Shown here: piece by piece, positions 36,399-46,500 of the stretch
Layout of the letters: each line of letters starts with the position of its first letter
Position numbering within the stretch: position 1 is the first letter of the stretch
Assembly: GCF_964204645.1 (NCBI RefSeq)
Contig: NC_134029.1
Span: forward strand, 20,702,950 to 20,766,949
Length of the DNA: 64,000 bases
From: Tubulanus polymorphus
Taxonomy: Eukaryota > Animalia > Nemertea
Direction: 5' to 3'
Notes under the pieces: generated by a model
Told to the model about the DNA's origin: nothing
Seen by the model: only the letters and a program-made list of their open reading frames with translations
Database searches by the model: none
Made by a program: the position numbers and the translations under genes

Positions 36399-37864
36399 TA
36401 TTATAGTTCATGTGCAATAATCATTGAACAACATTTCAGCAAATTTTCCCGAAATTTATTTGATATTTCGCAGCATATCTTGGCGCTGTAAACCAACACT
36501 GGCATGCTTTGTGATAGCGCGCAGGCATTGCGTTCTCTCTATATCCTATCGCGCATCTTTCATAATGTCTCAGTCTGATTCTTTGTTTGTACATTTTTTC
36601 ATATTGTAAATATACAATGCGGATATAGTTATATCATTATAATTAATATTATTGCCTGTTTTGTAGTAACGTATGTGTATAATTTAGTTTTTCTTTCCAG
36701 GCTTGTCGAGGTAAATAATTGTACATTGCGTATAAACTTCGCCTTTAGTAGTGTATTGACAATAAATAAAGGTTGCGCGTATACGGGGATGAAATCAGTT
36801 CTTCGGGTTCACAGTTCGTCCGCTTTCAAACGCATAAAGCGTCGGCTACTGTTTTACACCGTGTAAAATTCGTTATGTAAATGTTACTACACGTATATTA
36901 TTTGTTAATTATTCATCGCGAATAACTGAAAGTCTGATTAGTGTTGAACCAATATCAATGAGTTTTATACGATGGTTTTCGATGTAGAATTGATTTGAGA
37001 ATATTTTCAAATGTCGACAATTTGGCCTGGTAGTCTATTTTTATGTACATACGGTAATTTTTGCTGATTGTGTACAGCGCCAACGGGCAGTGTTTTTCGA
37101 CTGTAATACTTCTTAAATACGATTTCGTTTATGTCTCAATCCAAAGCACAATTTACAGGTAGTCATTCACAAATCGTGACTAGTCAAGCTTCGTCGGGGC
37201 CTCATCTGATGGGCCCAGTCATACGTAGATATAAGTACCTCCTTTTACATTCAGTCGTGATCTCATCATCGATATAGATATTGAATCTGTTAAAAGATTC
37301 CCGAGCAGAAACTAAACTTCTATCATAAAAAGATTCCCCAGATCGACTTGTTACTTCACAGGTGGTGTCATTATTGTCTGTTTGTTTGGAGAAACATAAC
37401 TACTATGCACTAATCGAATACATTGATACTCTAAAAAAAGGAATTTTTTTATGTATGATTTTATGATTTTTATTCATGCATCTCCAGTTCATGTATGATT
37501 TGCAGCTTCACGTTTACTTTTATTAGTTGTTTCCGGTATAAGAGAGATATACTGATATCTCTACTACGCTCCTTCACATCTTCTGTTTGACAAAAGCCTG
37601 TAGAATTCTGCTGCTGGAAATTGTAATAAAAATAAAAATTTCAAGTATTCTACTGATTTTTACTCAGTTTGATGGTCGTCATCCGTAAGAAATGGTGAAT
37701 ATGAATCCGAAATCTAAAAAATTAACTCAATACATTATTTGCGTGTATATTTATGATTTTATTTACAAACTTAGAATTCAAAAACGCTAACAAAGAGTAA
37801 CCCCGAGTACATACAATTCAGCTACATGGATATATACATGTAGATGATAATTACAATCAGAATT

Positions 37865-38650
37865 TCAGCTGTTTTCTTTGATGAGTCCCATGATTCTATT
37901 CACCACTGTAGCTGGATCGACGATATATTTCTTGTTCGAAGGTTGTAACAATTCGTCGCAGAAAGCGTAAAGTTGTTCCTCTAGTTTTCGTTTCTCAGTT
38001 CTCGGTCGAGTATTATGCGAACGATTTCTCTTGTTCGAAAACCAGGCCGTTACTTGATTGACTTGGATTCCGCCGGCTAACGACATTTCTTGTTTATCGG
38101 TTTCCGTCGGGTACGGATTATCGCGGTGAATTTCGTACCAATTCGTCATAATCTGCACGGCTTGTTCCGGAAGAGGAGAGTTCTTTTGATGAGATGTATC
38201 GTTGTCTTTACGTCTTCGTTTAGCTTTGAGTTTCTTTCTCGGTTCAGTTTTGATGCTTGAAGCGTCGGAACTGGTGCTGATGTTCGAAGCGTTAGAACTG
38301 ATGCTAATGTTCGAAGCACTAGAACTGGTGCTGATTCTGCTGCTATCACTGGTACCGTACGAACTGCTACTGACATCTGATCCCTGGTTCAGCGCTGGAG
38401 ACATCCCGGATTGCTGTGGGTGATGAAACCATCTTGCTGTATCTATCGGCGATGGCATCTCTAGCGGTGCTGCTTGGTACGGTTGATACCTGGGTATCTG
38501 GTATGTTGGCGTAGACCACGCTTGCGGTACAGTCTGGTATTCTATATATGGCACGGATGATAACTCGGGCATCGTGTGGTACATAGTCTGTAACGGTGGT
38601 GTTTGACGTCCGTATCCACTGGTAAAACTTGCTGACATAGTTGAATACAT
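37865..38650 (-). CDS. Intronless TALE-class homeobox protein, spiralian-specific TALE (SPILE)-like
   Basis: 261 aa. The homeodomain PLPEQAVQIMTNWYEIHRDNPYPTETDKQEMSLAGGIQVNQVTAWFSNKRNRS has the TALE three-residue loop (PYP) and a WFSNKRNR helix 3. The N-terminus is P/Q/Y/S-rich and has no MEIS, PBC or IRO domain. Confidence 0.85.
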   Translation of the reverse strand: MYSTMSASFTSGYGRQTPPLQTMYHTMPELSSVPYIEYQTVPQAWSTPTYQIPRYQPYQAAPLEMPSPIDTARWFHHPQQSGMSPALNQGSDVSSSSYGTSDSSRISTSSSASNISISSNASNISTSSDASSIKTEPRKKLKAKRRRKDNDTSHQKNSPLPEQAVQIMTNWYEIHRDNPYPTETDKQEMSLAGGIQVNQVTAWFSNKRNRSHNTRPRTEKRKLEEQLYAFCDELLQPSNKKYIVDPATVVNRIMGLIKENS

Positions 38651-38674
38651 GATTCTAGATGTGTATCACTTGAA

Positions 38675-38880
38675 GCAACTGATGAAACAAACCAAAAATC
38701 CTCTCTATTTAAAGCATTAGGCTCCTCCCATTGGAGTAAATGACACAATTGTCACTAATTAACCTTAGATCACTCAGTAGTAGGGTAACCTGCCTAATTA
38801 ACTACCAATCAGTACTTTGTGCTAAGTGATCTAATACTTAATTAGGTTGTTAATTACTCCTAATCCGACTATAAATCACA
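38675..38880 (-). promoter_or_regulatory. Core promoter of the TALE gene
   Basis: On the minus strand: Inr TCAGTT (38682-38677), a TATA-like TTTAAATAG about 33 nt upstream (38713-38705) and CCAAT (~38734). An inverted TGACA pair (38741-38754) and several TAATTA/TAATCC sites lie further upstream. Confidence 0.6.
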
Positions 38881-39362
38881 GTTTTCCTCATTGAGTTCAA
38901 AGAAATTCACTCAAATGACTACATGAGTGATGGATGCTTTCCTTCAACTATCAACTAAGAAGCCAAATAAAGTTATACAATTTCATTTTTATTACATAAC
39001 AAAAATAGTTTTCAACAATGCTTTTAGAATATCATAGTATAGTATACAGAGTATTGTGTAGTAAACATTAAAATTAAAATCAAATAACATGACCATGATT
39101 ATTACAGAAATATTCAAACATTTTCAAATTTAATTGGTTATTGCTTCCACTGTCTCGCTAATCTAAAAATGCATTATTTAAAAATTGGTCAGACATAAAA
39201 TTTACAACACAATGCTGCCCATAACAACTTATGTACAAAAACATGTATACAATTTACCAAATACATAAATCGTTAAAAACCTATAATGAATTTACATAGC
39301 TGCAGTTAGTTACCGAAAGACTTGTCATGTAATATTCGTCAATGTCGTATGTTTTTTACTTA

Positions 39363-39508
39363 AGCCTAGTCTACACTACGCTTGAAACACAGGTTCAGTG
39401 CATAGTTTAACGTAAGATCCGTTTTAGACCTTCTTGAAAAAGAAAACATTAAACCCACGTTTGCATCGAAAACCCTGGTTCAATGAGCCAGTGAGTGTAG
39501 ATGTAGCT
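39363..39508. mobile_element. Degenerate PIF/Harbinger-like MITE
   Basis: Imperfect TIRs AGCCTAGTCTACACT...AGTGTAGATGTAGCT with TTA on both flanks. Confidence 0.55.
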
Positions 39509-39523
39509 TTAGTAATAGCTTAG

Positions 39524-40504
39524 TATTTGAATGAAGAGGTTCGTCTTTCGAAATTATGGTTCACTATTTGAATGAAGAGGTTTGTCTTTCGCAAATATGG
39601 TTCACTATTTGAATGAAGAGGTTTGTCTTTCGCAAATATGGTTCACTATTTGAATGAAGAGGTTTGTCTTTCGCAAATATGGTTCACTATTTGAATGAAG
39701 AGGTTTGTCTTTCACAAATATGGTTCACTATTTGAATGAAGAGGTTTGTCTTTCGCAAATATGGTTCACTATTTGAATGAAGAGGTTCGTTTTTCACAAA
39801 TATGGTTCACTATTTGAATGAAGAGGTTCGTCGTTCGCAAATATGGTTCACTATTTGAATGAAGAGGTTCGTCTTTCGCAAATATGGTTCACTATTTGAA
39901 TGAAGAGGTTCGTTTTTCACAAATATGGTTCACTATTTGAATGAAGAGGTTTGTCTTTCGCAAATATGGTTCACTATTTGAATGAAGAGGTTTGTCTTTC
40001 ACAAATATGGTTCACTATTTGAATGAAGAGGTTCGTCGTTCGCAAATATGGTTCACTATTTGAATGAAGAGGTTCGTTTTTAGCAAATATGGTTCACTAT
40101 TTGAATGTAGAGTTTCGTCTTTCACAAATATGGTTCACTATTTGAATGAAGAGGTTCGTCGTTCGCAAATATGGTTCACTATTTGAATGAAGAGGTTCGT
40201 CGTTCGCAAATATGGTTCACTATTTGAATGAAGAGGTTTGTCTTTCGCAAATATGGTTCACTATTTGAATGAAGAGGTTTGTCTTTCACAAATATGGTTC
40301 ACTATTTGAATGAAGAGGTTCGTCGTTCGCAAATATGGTTCACTATTTGAATGAAGAGGTTCGTTTTTAGCAAATATGGTTCACTATTTGAATGTAGAGT
40401 TTCGTCTTTCACAAATATGGTTCACTATTTGAATGAAGAGGTTCGTTTTTAGCAAATATGGTTCACTATTTGAATGATAAGGTTCGTCGTTCGTAAATAT
40501 GGTT
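39524..40504. repeat. Minisatellite: 24 tandem copies of a 41-bp unit in the N4BP2 3'UTR
   Basis: Unit TATTTGAATGAAGAGGTT(T/C)GTCTTTC(G/A)CAAATATGGTTCAC. Units start every 41 bp from 39524 to 40467 with no spacers. Confidence 0.97.
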
Positions 40505-40508
40505 TCAA

Positions 40509-43500
40509 TCAAATAGTAACTTTTAATAATCCATCATTGAGCTTTTGAAATCTGTTGAAAAATAAAAATCATAATCGAATACCAGTCCTAGCATAAATAT
40601 ACCAATCATGATCAGAAATAGTTTAACGTAACTTACTTGTATTTGGACGTCTTTAGGAAATTAAGAATAGCCGGTTTTACTTTAGGTATTCCGCCTCTAC
40701 TGTGCAACCCTCTCCCGGTGATTATTGTCAGATGTCGTTTTCTCGTGCCAGGATTCTTGCTTATTTCTGAAAGTGATCACAATCAAAATCATAATGTTAT
40801 CTGCATTATAAAGAAGCCCCACAGATGTCCATATACAGAAGAAATGAGTTTTTTTTGCAGAAAACAGTTGAGCAGGTTTTTTATCTCAGTAAGCAGCAAA
40901 GAATTGGAGCTATTCTTGAAGTTTGCATCAGCTAGATTATTTAAATCATTCCAGTTACAAACAGAGGAAGTCAATTGATTGAGCTATCATTCCATATTTA
41001 TAAGCGTAGATAATACTTCGTAACTTCTAAGATTTTAAACTGCATGAAGGAGATTCGAAATGCAAGTTCAACTAACCTTCCGTTCGACAAGCGATAACAT
41101 TTTTCAAAGCATCTACAGCTTCATTCGCATGCAACCCGTGCAAATCCAACTGATTCGTCTCATTCAAATTAGAATTCCTAGATGATCGATGAATAAATAA
41201 ATTCAATTTCAGAAATAAAGTAGTAGAATGAAAATAAGGATACGCAAGTGTAAAATCTTCAATTCAAAAAAATTATTTTACTTCAATAACTGTATAGAGA
41301 TTTTGAATTTTTCATTTAACTGAAAGTGACTAATCAATCAGTAATTAATGAAAATACAATAATTAATGATTGAATCTAGAAACCAAGTCACTAATTAATC
41401 TATTCATCTATATTAAACAGTTTACATTCAAATCATTAGTTAAGCTTATTAACCACAAATCAGTCTCATTCAAATGAGTTGTTGTAAATCATATTCAAAA
41501 CCATGGGCAATTACCGGGCCAGTTCGCCCTGGGATGATTGAATGAGGAAACGGTGCGCTACTATTTCAGCAGTTTCACAATTTTCACGTACGTATACACG
41601 TATGACCACTACGTACCTGTATTGCATTATGCTTTCAGATGCGCGTCTGTTCGCCTCTTGAAATTTCTCGTTATGACGATGACCCTTAAAATCAGAAATG
41701 ATAAAATCTTAGAAATGATTTCGAATACCATCTAGCTGCGATGTTGAATTCAGATATGTGAGAATCTTCCGCGTCAAACTACACAGTACACCAACTACCT
41801 GTTGTGAATAGAATGCTGCAACTTGTTTTTGCCCGTTTCTATAAGCCGTCTGCGCTTTCTGGAAACATTCATGCCACAGTTTGTAATGTAAAGTTGCTTC
41901 GGCGCGAAAGTCGATGTAATCCGGTTCTTCGTATTCCTGATAGATGTGCATCTCTTCTTCATCAGCCCCTGTCCTCTCACCCATATACTACAACACACCA
42001 GAAACAAAATTGATGCGCAATTTAACAACGGTTCTCGGGCTCAGGCTCAAATCTGGAACTCTGAAATCCAATTTTCGATACGTTGTATTTAGGGCCAAAG
42101 GGCTAAATTTTTTAAAATTTCGACCCTGTTCTTCAGTTATGAGGTCATCTTCAAGGTCATGTCGCTGAAAAACAGTTTTTAGTGCCTAGTTTTGATGGTA
42201 GGTGGTGCCCTGGACCAATTCTTTGCAACTAGCCCCCCATACTAACATTATACCCAAGTTTCTTCAAGATCGACCATCTATTAATGAAGCTAAATCGCTG
42301 AAAGACAGACAGCACAAAAATAAGGCTTTCGTAAAATAAGCCCAAGAACCAATAAATTATGCAGAGGTCAGACAGACATGCAAAAAGTTGTACAATATCA
42401 ACAGCTACCAGTATACAAAATCAAAATAGCTGAGAGAAAATATACTCTTTCAGTCAAACCAAGAACGTGATGATGAGGTTGAATGGAATTTACCTACCGC
42501 AATTTCAATACCTTGGGATTTGTTTCTGAACTTACTTCACTTTTGAGGCTTTCTTGTTGAGCTTGTCTTATTAAATCTTGTTCATACTGCAGCAAGCATT
42601 CCTCTTTAACTATTGTATCATTCGTCAAATCCATTCCGCACGATAGTTTAATAGCCTGAACGGTCGGACCCAAAGCATGACTGTAAACGTGAACATAGTC
42701 GGAAATCTAATTACCGGAAACTCAGCGAATACTGTTACCGGTTACCTGAGCTGTTTGAAACAAAACGTACTTGTTAGCCTGGTAGATTTCATCCAAATCT
42801 TCCTGGTCGATTTTCGGAAAGGTTTCATACAGTTTTTGTCGTTTCAATTTTGTAGCTAAAGTTTCTCCCGACAAACTACGCGCGATTCCACGAGATTTTA
42901 TCTACCGGTAAAAAGTTTTTTTTTTTTTTATTAATAAATTGAAAAATTACACTTCGAATTCTTGAGATTCAAAATCAACTCGATTCAATTCTTCAACTCA
43001 CATAATCCTCTTTAGTTAGTTCTAAAGCCATCTGTTCGTCCATGATATGCTGAAATTGAGAACCTGATTGACTTTTCGATGATGTAGCAGCGCTACTAAT
43101 TTTCAGGGGAATAACACCAGCTAAAGTCGGCGTGATATTACTTTTTGTAGTTGCTGAAGTTGTTAATCTTTGCAGCTTTGCCAACTTATCCTCTTCTGCT
43201 TGTAGTTTCTGAGCTAGCTCTCCATCTAAATGGATAACAAGTTAAAGGTTAAAGACTTGAAGCTTGTATTCATTTGGGATTGAAATTAAGTAATACCAGA
43301 GGCCATCCTTATATATTGGAAAAAAGACAATGCCATATGAACTTTAGATCAAAATAATCTACTAATAGAATAGTTAACTACTGGGACACTCTGCCTACTG
43401 AAGTTGTGGAAGCACTGTCTGTGAATTCATTCAAGACTTGACAATTATTGGAAAGATTACGAACTGAAAACTAACTTTAAACTATATAGACACTAACGAT

Positions 43501-46500
43501 ACCTCAGCAATATTGAGCATTAACTTTAATTTAACAACTGTGTATCGTTAAACAGTGTTTTAGGATCGCCAAAGCGGTCCATCGCTTGATTTTACTGATG
43601 CCGTTACTGCTACTGAATATGACTTACCTTTTTGGATCAGCTCATTAATTTCATTCTCTTCGTTAACAAACGTCTCTCTAATTGACTTTGACCACGCTCT
43701 GTGGAGCTGACGGGCAAAACTTTGCGACATTTTCACGCATAGGTCTTCCGTGCTCAGTGAACCTGCCGATGAATATGTACAGACTTTTAACACGTAGCGG
43801 TATGTTTGAGATACGGCGGTACTAAAAATCATTTTCAAAGTAGTTACCTGGGTTGATATGAAATCCAACAGGTCCAAAGAATTCCATTAATTTTCGGGCA
43901 GTTTGTGGGTCTAAATGTAATTCTAAAGAAAACTCTCCACCACTAGTTCGTGGTAATCCTGGATCCTTGTAATCCACTGAACCAGCATTATTGTGATATG
44001 CACTACTCAAACAAGGATCTGGGAGTCGTCCACTGAAAGATGGCTTTTCTTGCGAATAATCATCAACTTTATCGGGTTGCAGAATGATATTTTGGTGTTT
44101 CGCAGAATTTCTACGTTCTGGTGTCACATTTCCGCGATGATCTTGTAACTTATCGAGGGAATGAGATCGCGCTGTGAGTCGATCCACTGATTCCCTTAAA
44201 GGTGTACTTCCACGAGAATATTGTCCGTACAATTTTCCGTTGTGCTTTGGAGTAGCGGGTGAATGCTCTGATGATTTCATCAACTCTAATCCTTCAACAG
44301 AAACAACTGGTAATGAAGCCATCTTGTCACTGGGAGACAAATCTTCAATCTGTGACGAGGTTTCTAATCTGATAGCCGGATTACAGTCATTATATTCAAT
44401 AGCTGAGTCTAGCAATAAATCCACAGCCCATTCCGCATTTGAATCACACTTGATGAGTAAATCTAGAAGGTCAGCCTCGGTGATATGTGGAAAGACACTT
44501 TTTAAGAATATCAGCTTCGACTCGTTCGATTCAATCAAAAGATCATCGGTCGAACAGCTTTTATCGAAAGTGGCTCTATTACAAACGGATGGCGATCGTG
44601 GATAATCGTTACACGAGTACGCTTCATCGGAAAACGCGACGTTTAAGTTTCGACTCGGCGAAACAATTGGAAGACCGTGGTTCGATGATTTTCCAGCTAG
44701 TATACGATAAACCAGAGCGAAATCTTCAGGGGCGGTAAAAACATTGGCATCTTTGGTTGAAATTACAGGAGTATCAACCATCGAGCTGATTGGTATTATA
44801 TTAGAAGCGTTGGTAGTCATCGGTTGGAAGCCTAATGTAGACCAGTCAGGAGATGGACACTGGAACAATCCGCTCGGAAGATCAATTTCATCTTTTCTTT
44901 TTGACTTTCTGCGTGGAGTACGTCTTTGTTTAGGGGATTCACTGTTCATATTTTCCTTCTGATCAGTCTTTTGATGAGTCCAAGTGGCCCATCCGTCTGA
45001 TTGTGATTCCGGGATTTCATTTACCTGCGACTTTGTTTCATCAACTCCTTTCCAATACTGCGCTTCACTAAAATCTCTGTAGCTCTTCACACTAGTTGAT
45101 TCCTCGATCCAAAAATATTCCTCTGGCACCCAGATTTCATTTTTCGAGTTCTCATTTGAAACTGGACTTTCAACAATAATATCAGATTGAAGGCTAGAAT
45201 CTTCCTTTATCTCGGTTCTTTTCACTTCTATAATCTCGATATCCTCCTTCGCTGTTGCAATTTCTCCATATTCATCTTTTACAGCATCTCTCTGCTTGCT
45301 ATAATTCACATCTCTATCATTTTCCCCTTCTGTGTCTTTCCTATCTTTTTCTATCAAATCTTTTTTGATCTCAAATTCAACCGGATCAACTTTATGACTT
45401 TCGTCGGATATGTCGTCAATTTCTACAGTACTGTCTTCTTCGATAATTACGTCATCATCCTCGGAATCATCATCATCGTACTGTTGTACAAGCTGGAGTC
45501 CAAGTGATGTTGGCACAATCAGAGAAATCTTCTTTCCACTTGACTCATCATCATTCTTATCAGATTCACTTGCAGTCACATTCTGCTCAATCGAATAATT
45601 AGATACAATCTCTCCTTCAATTTCTACAGACCCTTCAGTTGCTTTGATGTCAGTAGCTGAAGGTTTTTTACTTTCATGGGAAACTTCAAAGCCCGGTGCA
45701 GTATTATTTGAAGACGACAAAATTTGATGTGAGCTTGTGTCTAGCTGATTAGTCTCTTGGCATACTTCATCACACTCTGCATCATAATATAAACTTATTT
45801 CATCTGCTTGACTTTCTTCCGAACTGTCAACCTCTAAACACGGCTTTACTTCCGGATCTACAGAAATATTATCCGGAAGATCTTCCTTTTTAGTAGCACC
45901 AGCGTTTGTTTCTACATCTGGACTAATCGATTCATCACAAACATTCACAGCATCTGTAAGGCTTGCATTTTCTTCACAAGTTACAAATGATTCAAAACTC
46001 GATCGAACAGATCCCTCTTGAGCTAACAATTTGCTTTTGTCGAATATAAAATCATCTACAGGTGCAATCACAGCATCATCCTTTTCGAAACTTATCCCAG
46101 CAGATTCTAAAGCAACAGTAGCGGACACATCATCAGGTAGTTCCGCAGATTGTACCGGTTTCGCAATATCTCTAGCAACCTCATCACTGGATAACGAACA
46201 ACTATCGAGCACAATAATATCATCCTCTTCCGCAGTAGTTGATACACTTTTAATTTCATCGAAACTCTTCGAGGGCTCGTCTCGCGATATATCATCGGAA
46301 TTTTCAATGCTGCGTTTGTCATCCGTAGTTTTAAGATTTTCCTCAGCAGCAATATGGTTTCTATCAGGGGGACAATTTATCGTTTTTCTAAAGCAAATAG
46401 ATACAGAAATGTTGTCTGAGTTAAGATGCATTCTCATAGATGCACTATATCTTGAGGAAAGCATATTACCTGTGCTTGGGAAATGCGGTAACTTTTGCTG

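Noticed and set aside
39138-39165. Alternative N4BP2 last exon (KLARQWKQ*) skipping the repeat array
   Set aside because: Only a generic TTTTTAG acceptor supports it. The exon at 40551-40509 completes the Smr fold and is much more plausible.
39524-40504. CRISPR-like array (regular period, palindromic unit)
   Set aside because: Units are contiguous with only point variants and no unique spacers. There are no cas genes and the context is eukaryotic.
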